IMG/VR virus record: IMGVR_UViG_3300017911_000998
Coordinates: 1 to 31,751 of that record
Strand: one strand, 5' to 3'
Length of the DNA stretch: 31,751 bases
Origin: a virus
Taxonomy: Duplodnaviria > Caudoviricetes
Part shown: one piece after another, positions 9,597 to 18,874 of the stretch
How positions within the stretch are numbered: the stretch's first letter is position 1
How the letters are laid out: the number at the start of each line of letters is the position of its first letter
Position numbers and translations under genes: made by a program
Notes under the pieces: model-generated
What the model saw: the letters and a program-made list of their open reading frames with translations, nothing else
Told to the model about the DNA's origin: nothing
Databases searched by the model: none

Positions 9597-12045
9597 TCAT
9601 GAGTAGATATTGTAATAGCCGTTGATGTTAGTTTGAATGCCCGCAACGTTTTCATTTGACTCTTGATTCTCCCAGATGATCAGCTCTTTAATTAATGCGT
9701 CGGCAGCATTACTGCTCGCACCGATGTTTAATAGATTATGCGACCTTCCACTCGTATTCACTGAGCTATAACCACCAGCATTTACGGAGCCTCTCTGTTT
9801 AGTTGTGCCTGCATCGTCAAAATGATTCTGCCATGTCAGCAGAAAATCCGTATCAATAACTGCACCTGTTTTGGAAAACTGACTTGAATCAAGAAAGTAA
9901 AATAATCCGTTTTGGTGATAATTAAATGTCTGGTTCTCAAGCTGTACAAATCGACCTCTGAAGGAAAGGGTGTTTATCGTGTTGATATTCACTACCTGTA
10001 CCCCCGTCTTGGTGCTTGTTCCACTTTGCCAAATATTGCCCGCAGATAATACAGTGGATGTACTTGTGCCGAAGTCCAAACCCGGCTCTCCATTCTTGGT
10101 AATCACTGCAGTACCGTCGTAAATTTGCGGCTGGCTTCCGAACGTACCTTGAGAGGCATGGTTGCCGTTGGTGCTTTGATCCCACCATTGGGAGACGTAG
10201 CCATTGGCAGACCCACAGAAGGACGCGATGCCTGCCGTGTCTAGGTCTCCGTTGCTATCAAACCCGAAGTTCTGCTCTTCGTCATCGGAGTCCCTGCGGA
10301 CCGTCATGGCGATGAGTGCGGTGTTAGCAAGTTGACGAACGGAGTACGCTGCTGCGGCTCCTGAGTAAGTAGCGAGAAGGCCAGAGGTTGGGGTGTCGGT
10401 GGGTTGGTAAATAAGGTACTCGGAGTTTATGTCATCCTCAATGTCGGTGCGGTTGCTAGATTGGTCGCTTAGATAAATTATGAGCTCTTGCAACTTTACG
10501 CCGCTGCTTAACCCAAATTCACCGCGATGAGTAAGATTTATATCTTTAGTGTAACTGCCTGCGCTGATTTTTGTGCCTGCGGTGCCATTGACTGAACTGG
10601 TCAAGGTTGTAGCATCGTCAACAACAGCAACAACTTGCTGAGCATTAAAACTTGTCGTTTCTGGCAATGGATTGAATGTACTTAAGCCCCCAATGCGTTG
10701 AAATGTAGTGTTACTTCTATGCACAAGTTGATATGAACTGCTAGATGCATTGCTTCCATATATTGCATTAGCTGTGTAGTATATCACGCTAAATAAGCTG
10801 TGTAGGCTATTGGTAATAGTAATCGCTGAAAAACTCAGGCTTCCGCCAGACAGTATCGGTTTACTATTTTCAGTAGTGACCGCAGTGCCGTTGTAAATCT
10901 GCGGCTGGTTGCCTGGAACAGTTTGGTCAGCATGGTTTCCGTTCACTGACTGGTCCCACCACCGCGTGACGTAACCCGTACCTGTACCGCAGAAGTCAGA
11001 GATAGCTTGGGTGTCGAGGTCACCGTTCGCGTCAAAGCCGATATTGGTCTCGTCGTCATGACCTGGGTTGCCTACACCCATATCCCTTCGGATACGCATA
11101 CAAATCACTGCCTTGTTGGAGAGCTGACGGACCGAGTAGGCTGCCGCCGCGTCCGTACCCCCACTCTGTGAACCGTAGTCGTACAGCAGTCCGCTTGTAG
11201 GTTGGTCGGTAGGTTGGTAGATGAGGTATTCGGAGTTAATGTCAGACTCGATGCCCGTGCGGTTGCTGGATTGGTCGTCAGGCCAGTGAATGACTTCTTG
11301 AATTTTGCCGTAGAATGGACTCTGACCTGAGCCATTATTTGCGCCAACTGCAAAAATCCCTGTGGCTGTAGTGTTGGTATGGCTAACGGCAGTGCCTCCA
11401 GTGCCGTTCAAATACACAGTAAGATTAGTGCCAGTGGCCTCGGCAACTGCTAAAAGTTGTGTGTCTCCAGAAGGCGATGAGCCAGCACTGGCTTGCGCAA
11501 CCGAGGCACCTGTTGTAAATCCAATAGATTGCAAAGCATTAGTGAACTGTCTAAAGCGCAAAAATTGTCCTATGCGCGCAGTTCCTACGACGTCCGATGC
11601 TGCAATCATGCGCGGAGCGCTCGTCACAGTGCTGTCGTATTGAGCAACGCCAACAGTGCAATATCCGCCATCAGATAGCGTAAGGTTGGAACTGGTAGTA
11701 GCTAAATAGTCGCCAGCTAATTCTAGGGCAGGCTTGCTGTTATCGGTAATGACCGCAGTGCCGTTGTATATCTGCGGCTGATTGGCAGTTGTGCTCTGCG
11801 TGGCGTTGTTAGCCGTGCCTCCAACGTTAGCTTGATCGTACCATGTAACCACGTAGCCGTTAGCGCTACCGCAGTGGCTGGCGATGGCTGCCGTATCAAG
11901 GTTGCCAGAGCTGTCAAAGCCGATGTCCGTCTCAGTGTCGCCGCTGTCTTCGCGGACGCGCATGCAGCTACCCGTGTAGTCTTTGTCCAGCTTGCGCACA
12001 GAGTAGGCAGCAGCTGCGCCTGTGTAAGTGTCGAGTAACAAGTCG
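9597..12045 (-). repeat. three diverged tandem ~0.8-kb coding repeats
   Basis: Units at approx. 12045-11200, 11195-10390 and 10385-9597. Nucleotide similarity is visible, e.g. GGTTGGTAAATAAGGTACTCGGAGTT (~10402) vs GGTTGGTAGATGAGGTATTCGGAGTT (~11212). Confidence 0.85.
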
Positions 12046-13742
12046 AGTGCAGGAGAGCCGGAACCTCCGCCACGATTACCAGATGCAGGTGCTGCAGGAG
12101 TATTTAATGCTACTCCTGAATCATATTCAAACTTAATATACTTACCACTTCCAATTTGTCCAATGCTTGGACCCCGCAAAACTTGCATAGCAATGTTTTG
12201 ACTATTGGCGTTATTGTAAAAAAACGCGCCACAATCGACAATAGTTGTGGTGATTTCAAATCCTGCAAAACCTTGGTCAGTTGTAACCTTATTAGCATAC
12301 TCCCAATGACATTGGGGCATTACTGCATACCAGTAATTAGCGGTGTCAGGGTATGTTAAGGTTACCTGCTGCAAACTATCTGCATGCAGATTATTGTATT
12401 CTACTGTAGCACCACCTGTACCTGCAATTGAATCATCAATTAAATCGGTACCTGTCTGGTCTGTTACTGCACCAGCTGCAATTGCTGTAGGGCTGGTAAG
12501 AATAAAAGTTCTAAATAAGACAGTAAAGTAGTCTGTTCGACTGCTTAGTTCATTACCCTGCGTGTCTCGTAAGCCACTAAATCGTAAATAGTATGTATTT
12601 GTTTGACCTCTAGATGTAGTCGTCTGACCAACGTTGGTTAAAGAAACATTGAATGTAACATTCTTGTTGATACTATAGGGACTAGCTGTATGTGCAACTC
12701 CTGTCCAAGTTTCATCATCTGTACCAACCGGGTCTACATACTGTAACGATCCCGTGATTGCAGAATCTACATTGTTAGAGTTTGTTACGTTCCAGTCAGC
12801 TGCAGTTAAAGTATCTGTGGCACCGTGTTCAATACTATTATTTGGCAAGCCATCTGCTGTGAATCCTGTAATTGAAGGCGGCTGAAAATGAATTAAAATG
12901 TCTCTTAAAATTGTTTCAAGATTGGTACCAGCTGCATACGTGCCTGGATCAGTAAAGAATAATGCTAATTCTGTAGGATCTAAAGCATTTTGTAGTGTTG
13001 CTCCTACTCCGCTACCTGCGTTTGCTAGTGCCGCATCAATTCCACTTAAGTGCGCCTCTACATTAGCTGCTCCAGCTGTATAGTTTGCGGGGGTAGCAGA
13101 AACAGGAACTTCATCCGCATCTTGATCGTCTTTAGCATTTGTTTCAATTCCTGCTAGCTTAGTTGTATTAGCGGAAACAGATGTATTTAAACCGGCAATG
13201 TCTGTATCATTACTTGTAATATTTGCTGCGTTCGTATTAATCTGATTCTGCAGATTAGTATCAGCATTTGTGCGATTAGAAATTTCTGTAGTTAAATCTG
13301 TCTGAACTGTGTTTAAACCTGCAGCGTTTGCATTTGCTACTGTACTTACTCCAGTAATATCTGTAGCATTAATACTAATACCTGTGGCATTAGTATTAAT
13401 ACTTGCAGCATTTGCACTAATGTCTGTTGCGTTGGTACTAATTGCTGCTTCGTTGTTTTCTACACCGTCTTCTAAATCTTGTAAAGCGCCTTTAATAGTC
13501 TCGTTATCTACGATTACGTTACCGGTAAACGTGCCTAAGTCTGTACTTTGGGAAGCCACACCTGTAAGAGCCGCGACTACTTCTCCACCACCACTGTAAT
13601 AATTTGTAATGTTTTGAGGAGATACCACAACTGTATGTTGTGTAACCTGCTCAGTAATCTCTAGCGTTACAGGGCTAATAGTCTGTGTAACGGCAACTGT
13701 ATTAATTACCGGCGATACTTGAGTAATAGTCAACGAAGGCAT
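9597..13742 (-). CDS. large fibre protein with coiled coil and three tandem LamG/ConA-like (GH54-catalytic-like) domains (1381 aa)
   Basis: Beta-rich N-terminus and coiled coil, then a PAAPASGNRGGGSGS linker and 3x AAAYSVR.L...IGFD.NGDLDT.AI..FCG...GYV..W.DQS.NGNHA.Q....QPQIY.GTAV ... ELII. Confidence 0.8.
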   Translation of the reverse strand: MPSLTITQVSPVINTVAVTQTISPVTLEITEQVTQHTVVVSPQNITNYYSGGGEVVAALTGVASQSTDLGTFTGNVIVDNETIKGALQDLEDGVENNEAAISTNATDISANAASINTNATGISINATDITGVSTVANANAAGLNTVQTDLTTEISNRTNADTNLQNQINTNAANITSNDTDIAGLNTSVSANTTKLAGIETNAKDDQDADEVPVSATPANYTAGAANVEAHLSGIDAALANAGSGVGATLQNALDPTELALFFTDPGTYAAGTNLETILRDILIHFQPPSITGFTADGLPNNSIEHGATDTLTAADWNVTNSNNVDSAITGSLQYVDPVGTDDETWTGVAHTASPYSINKNVTFNVSLTNVGQTTTSRGQTNTYYLRFSGLRDTQGNELSSRTDYFTVLFRTFILTSPTAIAAGAVTDQTGTDLIDDSIAGTGGATVEYNNLHADSLQQVTLTYPDTANYWYAVMPQCHWEYANKVTTDQGFAGFEITTTIVDCGAFFYNNANSQNIAMQVLRGPSIGQIGSGKYIKFEYDSGVALNTPAAPASGNRGGGSGSPALDLLLDTYTGAAAAYSVRKLDKDYTGSCMRVREDSGDTETDIGFDSSGNLDTAAIASHCGSANGYVVTWYDQANVGGTANNATQSTTANQPQIYNGTAVITDNSKPALELAGDYLATTSSNLTLSDGGYCTVGVAQYDSTVTSAPRMIAASDVVGTARIGQFLRFRQFTNALQSIGFTTGASVAQASAGSSPSGDTQLLAVAEATGTNLTVYLNGTGGTAVSHTNTTATGIFAVGANNGSGQSPFYGKIQEVIHWPDDQSSNRTGIESDINSEYLIYQPTDQPTSGLLYDYGSQSGGTDAAAAYSVRQLSNKAVICMRIRRDMGVGNPGHDDETNIGFDANGDLDTQAISDFCGTGTGYVTRWWDQSVNGNHADQTVPGNQPQIYNGTAVTTENSKPILSGGSLSFSAITITNSLHSLFSVIYYTANAIYGSNASSSSYQLVHRSNTTFQRIGGLSTFNPLPETTSFNAQQVVAVVDDATTLTSSVNGTAGTKISAGSYTKDINLTHRGEFGLSSGVKLQELIIYLSDQSSNRTDIEDDINSEYLIYQPTDTPTSGLLATYSGAAAAYSVRQLANTALIAMTVRRDSDDEEQNFGFDSNGDLDTAGIASFCGSANGYVSQWWDQSTNGNHASQGTFGSQPQIYDGTAVITKNGEPGLDFGTSTSTVLSAGNIWQSGTSTKTGVQVVNINTINTLSFRGRFVQLENQTFNYHQNGLFYFLDSSQFSKTGAVIDTDFLLTWQNHFDDAGTTKQRGSVNAGGYSSVNTSGRSHNLLNIGASSNAADALIKELIIWENQESNENVAGIQTNINGYYNIYS

Positions 13743-14083
13743 CAGTAGGCACTATTATCGTTGATTTGAATCGTACCCTCTAGCAGACGTAACGCAGGAC
13801 TACCTGTAAGATCAATATAATAAATACCTTGAGGGAAGGTAAAAGCGTCAATTTCTGCAGTAGTTAATTTGATAACAAACAAACCATTTGCTAAGTCGTT
13901 ACCGGTCTCTGACGTCAAGTCTTTAGTCAATGCAGCGGTAGTGTCACCCGCATTGTCTTTGATGGTTAGATTGATCGTACTGCCTGAAATATCAATAACT
14001 GCATCAGCATCATCTTTATAGGTGATGTTAAGGACTAAGTCTTGATTCTTCTCTGCAGTAATATTGTATGTGCCAGCTGCCAT
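13742..14083 (-). CDS. small Ig-like fibre adaptor (BppU-N-like)
   Basis: MAAGTYNI...ITYKD....IDISG...G...I.LT..E......YY.DL....RLLEGTI; a pattern commonly seen just upstream of phage fibre genes; coupled by TGATG. Confidence 0.6.
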   Translation of the reverse strand: MAAGTYNITAEKNQDLVLNITYKDDADAVIDISGSTINLTIKDNAGDTTAALTKDLTSETGNDLANGLFVIKLTTAEIDAFTFPQGIYYIDLTGSPALRLLEGTIQINDNSAY

Positions 14084-15345
14084 TACATAAGGGTTATGTC
14101 GTAAACATTTGGTTTGCCGGCTCCATTGTTTTCAATAATTGTTATTCCGCTAGAGCTGGTCCACCCATTTGATTCGCTGTAAAAGTTTCCCGTAAAAATG
14201 GGAGCTACTGTAATAGACCGATAATTTGCTTGATCCCAAACTATCTCATCAACTTGTTGATACAATATTTTTTTGCGGCGACTGTGCCAATGCCCTCCAA
14301 GAAGAACATTATACTTATCCTGTACACCGTATTCCCAAAAAACCTTAGACATGTCATTCTTAGACACCCCTAAGTGATTATGGGTAAGTATGTATTGAAT
14401 ACCGTCTATCTCCTTAGAGATTAACATGGGATCCCATTTTACTTGAAACCACTTGCAAGTATTGTTTAACATAAAAGCAATAAGCTGAGCCACTCCTCCC
14501 TTAGGATCTAACTCAGTTTTAATAGTGGTCCTATCATGATTTCCGCTTACAATAGAAACTTCTTTTAGATTGTGAATCTTATCTAAAAAGTCTCTAATCA
14601 TTTGGTATGCTAAGATTACAGCATTAGACCCGTGCCCCTGGTATTCGAGTTCTTGCCAAGTGTTAGAATGGTTTAACCCCGTAAACGACTCTATAAAATC
14701 TCCAAGCAAGACTAACTCAACCTCTTTATATTGAAATCGATTAATGTGCCTAGCAGCTTGATCTAAACGAGAGACAATTACATCATAACTATAATCCTCT
14801 GTAATCTGTAAATCTTTAACTTTAGCTCCTACATGTAAGTCTGCTAAAACCAAGATTCCAGTATTTGTTCCTTTTACAAATCTAGGTTTTAACTCCCTAA
14901 CTGATTTAAGGTACTCTTCCTTAAGATCTTCTATATCGATAGAAGTTGCTTTACGTGGAACAAGCTTAAGTTTTACCTGATAGTTTGTTATCTCTCCTGA
15001 GTCCCAACTATTGGCTACCCAAGAATTAACCTCCCATAACTTTGTATCAACGTCAAAGAACTTTAGTGCTTCATCTAAAGTTGTTATGCTTTTAGGGCCT
15101 TTATAAACATATTCTTTATTGCCCTTTCCTTCTGATTCAGACTTGTGATGCATTCTGTGCTGTGGATTAGTAGATGCTGCTTTGTACTCTGAAATTTTAC
15201 GCCTTAATGTACGATGCTTAACATCAACTTGAGGCTCTCCTTCTAGTATGAGAGTAGCCAGCTTTCTGTTGCTCTCTCCCGGCCATTCATTTACATATCG
15301 CCGGATAATATCATTTATAGACATGAAGTATAGAACTTCAACCAA
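14083..15345 (-). CDS. calcineurin-like metallophosphoesterase with N-terminal helical (HTH-like) extension
   Basis: All five motifs present: ADLHVG, LGDFIE, SGNHDR, THNH, GGHWH. The likelier start is the ATG at 15324 (MSINDII). Confidence 0.85.
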   Translation of the reverse strand: MVEVLYFMSINDIIRRYVNEWPGESNRKLATLILEGEPQVDVKHRTLRRKISEYKAASTNPQHRMHHKSESEGKGNKEYVYKGPKSITTLDEALKFFDVDTKLWEVNSWVANSWDSGEITNYQVKLKLVPRKATSIDIEDLKEEYLKSVRELKPRFVKGTNTGILVLADLHVGAKVKDLQITEDYSYDVIVSRLDQAARHINRFQYKEVELVLLGDFIESFTGLNHSNTWQELEYQGHGSNAVILAYQMIRDFLDKIHNLKEVSIVSGNHDRTTIKTELDPKGGVAQLIAFMLNNTCKWFQVKWDPMLISKEIDGIQYILTHNHLGVSKNDMSKVFWEYGVQDKYNVLLGGHWHSRRKKILYQQVDEIVWDQANYRSITVAPIFTGNFYSESNGWTSSSGITIIENNGAGKPNVYDITLM

Positions 15346-15357
15346 TATAAAGTAAAA

Positions 15358-15549
15358 TCATGTCAAATACGGCAACCAACCTTTGTAAAACGAATGTTTT
15401 GCCAAAGAACGATGTACATGAGATTGTTCTAAGTCTGCTAAAAGAGCAACCATAAACGATTTTTCATTTAAATCAAGCTTAACAACAGCCTTAGATGTCA
15501 GCTCTACAATATCGCTATCGTAAGTATCAATTCCAGTGTAACTTAACAT
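15358..15549 (-). CDS. small protein, possible tail hub B-type
   Basis: 63 aa from the ATG at 15549, overlapping the previous stop; assignment is by synteny only. Confidence 0.45.
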   Translation of the reverse strand: MLSYTGIDTYDSDIVELTSKAVVKLDLNEKSFMVALLADLEQSHVHRSLAKHSFYKGWLPYLT

Positions 15550-16187
15550 CCGCATATAGTTTCAGTTCCGTTAAGAAAGTTGGTTAATGTTTGGATCATG
15601 TCATTGACTTCGGCTAATACTTCTTGAATCTCAGCAACACTAGATTGATTTGTAGGAAGCCCAATAACCTTGTTATAAATCAGTTCTTGATAAGCTTTTG
15701 CCTTAACAAACTTCTCTTGTAAGTCAGCGTCTAATTTACAATTGCACTGAGAGTTTAACAGCTGTTTTGCTAAAGTCACCATCTTTGCTTCAATATCAGG
15801 CATATGTATTAACCACTGAATCTCATCTCCGCTAGAAGCAGCAGCTTCGTATCTATATAAACCATCTACCCAATCAGATATAGTAAAAGGAACTGGAGTA
15901 CCAGCTGCGTTTATGTAGTCTTCATAGTTACTTCCTCCTATTCCAAAATAGATTTGCAGTGTGTTTAACCCAAATGAAATCAAATCAGGAGCGGTAGGGG
16001 CTTGTGGAGCTGGAAAATATATAATGTTAGTTATATCTCCAGTTAACGCGTTTAAATAACTACCATCTGTAAAGTAAAAAGTAATTCCAGTAGGTGTTGC
16101 AGTTGAACCCGAAGGAACTCTTATATACCCTAAAAGAGTCAGTGTATCAGAGTTTACTCCAATAAAAGATGTACGAATTTCTGACAT
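15543..16187 (-). CDS. tail hub A-type protein (putative)
   Basis: DGLYRY beta element, then helical region with CNC and a C-terminal CGC, resembling crAss-like hub proteins; follows the auxiliary-capsid-like gene. Confidence 0.55.
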   Translation of the reverse strand: MSEIRTSFIGVNSDTLTLLGYIRVPSGSTATPTGITFYFTDGSYLNALTGDITNIIYFPAPQAPTAPDLISFGLNTLQIYFGIGGSNYEDYINAAGTPVPFTISDWVDGLYRYEAAASSGDEIQWLIHMPDIEAKMVTLAKQLLNSQCNCKLDADLQEKFVKAKAYQELIYNKVIGLPTNQSSVAEIQEVLAEVNDMIQTLTNFLNGTETICGC

Positions 16188-16191
16188 AGCG

Positions 16192-16233
16192 TTAAAATAA
16201 AAGGGGGATGAGAGTTATTCCCCCACCCCCCTT
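16192..16233 (-). terminator. rho-independent terminator
   Basis: Minus strand: G-rich arm GGGGGGTGGGGG, AATAA loop, CTCTCATCCCCC arm, then TTTTATTTT. Confidence 0.8.
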
Positions 16234-16252
16234 CAGTGAATTAATCTACTAA

Positions 16253-17023
16253 TTAAGCAGGAAGAGTCCAACCGGTAATGGTCGTGCTCGCGTGCAGAAT
16301 GTAAATTGTTTCTTGATCGATGTAACCAGCGCCAAAGTTCTTGTCGAACCGTGTAGTGTTCTTAGTAATAGAAACTAAGCTGTATGTAGCGTTGGTTAAC
16401 TCAGCACCGAAGTCAGGTTCCACAATTGGAAAACCAACCCGGTTCGTACGGCCGTAAATTTGCGTAGCCATATCCTTTGCAAAAGCAATAGCTTCAGCTT
16501 TAGTATAACCTTTATGAAAGGCGGGGCTGGTCTCGGTAATGGTTGTTGCAACTTCTTCGTTAACAGCAATCTTCAAGATTACATCTTCAGCCGCCTTGAT
16601 AACAATACCAGTCACATTCGCAGGTGTAGCGTTGTTAGCTGCACATTCTAAGAAACGACCGTCTCCAGCCATTAACTCCTTTTGATTCATAGCGGTTATA
16701 AGCTCATTTAAGGTAGTTCCGGAGAATGTACGTCTTGGAAACTTCTCTCTACCGTCTGTAACATCAATTAAAGTAATGTGCAAGGTTTCTCCGTCAGCAA
16801 AAGCTTCATCAACAGTTGTACCAGTTACGACGGCAAATTCTTGTTTTGTAGCGCCGTCATACAGGTCTTCCGATAAAGTGTCTGGAAGGACAATATCGTC
16901 GCCCTCATTATAAGAAATACCTGCGTATTCAGGGTCAAATTGACCGGAATCTCCGATCAGAGTTTTAGCGTTATCAAAATTTTGATCCGCCATAACGTAA
17001 AGAGACTTTTTTGTTTTAGCCAT
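16253..17023 (-). CDS. abundant virion structural protein, possible auxiliary capsid protein
   Basis: 256 aa, acidic and Ala/Thr-rich, with G.TNRVGFP and Y....I motifs; followed by its own terminator; sits where the auxiliary capsid gene lies in crAss-like phages. Confidence 0.55.
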   Translation of the reverse strand: MAKTKKSLYVMADQNFDNAKTLIGDSGQFDPEYAGISYNEGDDIVLPDTLSEDLYDGATKQEFAVVTGTTVDEAFADGETLHITLIDVTDGREKFPRRTFSGTTLNELITAMNQKELMAGDGRFLECAANNATPANVTGIVIKAAEDVILKIAVNEEVATTITETSPAFHKGYTKAEAIAFAKDMATQIYGRTNRVGFPIVEPDFGAELTNATYSLVSITKNTTRFDKNFGAGYIDQETIYILHASTTITGWTLPA

Positions 17024-17034
17024 GATAATAAAGT

Positions 17035-17724
17035 TTATTCAGTTGTTGCAAGTTCACCAGCCGAAGATTGATATCTAGGAGATTCTATTGATTCTAATAT
17101 AGTCTTCACCGCGATATCAACTATTTCGTGGTGAGTATGGTCGGCTAATTCGCTTGTCTGATTTAATTGTAAGTTAATTTCTTGTGGCGTCCTAATGTAA
17201 TCTGCCGATATACCTTCTACTATAAAGTTTTCACTGTCTTGAAACACTTTAATGTCAGTGTCTGACAGTATAGCTAAGGGGGATTGACCATTAGATCTAG
17301 CAAAAGGATCCTGCTGCATAAAATAGACTTCTCTATTGTTTACAATTCTAACAGGAACTGTTACTGCAGGGCTTGTTAAGCTTGCTTTTTTACAGTTTTC
17401 CCGTCTAATATTTGCTCTTAAATTTACTAAATACAAGTAGTTAAGCGGCAAGTCAAACTGTTGAAACTCAACACCAACTGCAGGAGCTACATTGTCTGTA
17501 TAGTCTAAGGTTACAATCTGATAAATATCGTCTAACCTCTTTTGATTAGCTACAAAGCCAAGTTGCTTCATGTCGCTATGACTGAACGCACGATCTTTGA
17601 TAAACCGCTCTTGAGCTCTATTCAACCAATGATCAATTTCTTCAGGTAAGAAGTTGTCATATGCATAACTTCCTACTTTTTGAAGACCTTGATCTACTGA
17701 ATAATGTAGCTCTTGAACCGTCAT
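17035..17724 (-). CDS. tail ring protein (R3/R4-like)
   Basis: MTVQELH...LQKV.S..YDNFLPEEID.WLNRAQERFIK...QKRLDD, YIRTP, SEL.DHTHHEIVDIAV; a strongly crAss-like ring-protein signature. Confidence 0.8.
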   Translation of the reverse strand: MTVQELHYSVDQGLQKVGSYAYDNFLPEEIDHWLNRAQERFIKDRAFSHSDMKQLGFVANQKRLDDIYQIVTLDYTDNVAPAVGVEFQQFDLPLNYLYLVNLRANIRRENCKKASLTSPAVTVPVRIVNNREVYFMQQDPFARSNGQSPLAILSDTDIKVFQDSENFIVEGISADYIRTPQEINLQLNQTSELADHTHHEIVDIAVKTILESIESPRYQSSAGELATTE

Positions 17725-18863
17725 ACAATAACTTTTGTTTCAAGACATACAGAAACGTCGTCCGCAGACTCACCAAATGGTGAATTGGTATTGGCTGCTA
17801 ATGTTTCTAAATGAGCTTTAAGGGCACTATTAAATTTAACCATGAGTTTCAGTTTTTTAAGCATGTCTGCAACAAGATTATCAACCCCTATATGCGGTAA
17901 CCATACATCTCCAGCAGTTGAAGGATAACATGCGCGTCTAGCAACTGTAGTATTTACAACTCCTAATTCATCAGAAGTAAGTTTTACTCTATACTCAATA
18001 GCTTTTGAGCCTGTAACTGTTAGATAAGTCCAGTTAGCAGCATCTACCCAGGCAGTATCGCTAAAGTCGCCATTAGCCTCATTGTATCCAATGTAGCGCT
18101 CTTCCTCGACCGGGGCGTCTGTGGGCATGTGTAAGTAAAAAACTTTAGGACGGAGCTTTAAAGGTATATTTTTCAAGTATTCAACAATACTAGTATCTGT
18201 TCCTGTCCAGTTTGTAGCTTCAATTTTAGCTTGTGCATCTGCTCCAAATCCATTATATCCAGGGACATGATGCTCATATCCTAACCTAACATATCCAAGG
18301 TAAGAAAGACTAATTAAAGCAGAGGATGCGGATAATCCAGAAAATGGACCATTTGCGTTTGTAAGATTAGAAGACCAGGTATTATTACCACCTGTAGGAT
18401 TTGCAGCACTAGGATTTGATGTAAAAACATCGTAAATGCCTGCTGCAGTATTGCTAATTGGAATTACTTCAAACTCGTTTGGAATCAAGCTGGTATCTAA
18501 CCTTGTTGGGTCATCAGCATCTGTAGCGTCATGTTTTCCAAATGGACTAAATGTCACATCCATTCGATCTACAAGAGTTACTGGAATCGTGTCTCCATCA
18601 ACACCAGTTGTTTTAACTAAAACCCAAAAATCATTGTTATCCCATACTTGTTCAGATGAGCCAACAAACTGATAAACTTTAGGATCTCCTGTAGTAGTAA
18701 CTGCAATAAAGCCGGGTACTTTTTGATAACCCTTAGCATTAGACTGAGCGTCAGCTAAGTCATCAAAGTATGCAATACCCTTTACGCTCTGATTTGTAAG
18801 ATCAACTGCGGGAAAGTTTTGACCTCCTGCGATACCAATTATGTCTGGAAATGTAAGCGGCAT
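17721..18863 (-). CDS. putative fibre/decoration protein
   Basis: 380 aa; its N-terminal ~85 aa aligns by eye with the N-terminus of the 912-aa fibre. Confidence 0.6.
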   Translation of the reverse strand: MPLTFPDIIGIAGGQNFPAVDLTNQSVKGIAYFDDLADAQSNAKGYQKVPGFIAVTTTGDPKVYQFVGSSEQVWDNNDFWVLVKTTGVDGDTIPVTLVDRMDVTFSPFGKHDATDADDPTRLDTSLIPNEFEVIPISNTAAGIYDVFTSNPSAANPTGGNNTWSSNLTNANGPFSGLSASSALISLSYLGYVRLGYEHHVPGYNGFGADAQAKIEATNWTGTDTSIVEYLKNIPLKLRPKVFYLHMPTDAPVEEERYIGYNEANGDFSDTAWVDAANWTYLTVTGSKAIEYRVKLTSDELGVVNTTVARRACYPSTAGDVWLPHIGVDNLVADMLKKLKLMVKFNSALKAHLETLAANTNSPFGESADDVSVCLETKVIV

Positions 18864-18874
18864 AATTTATAATA

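Noticed and set aside
9597-12045. Diversity-generating retroelement or shufflon acting on the fibre repeats
   Set aside because: No reverse transcriptase or invertase in the window; repeat differences are not adenine-specific; units are direct, in-frame and protein-level.
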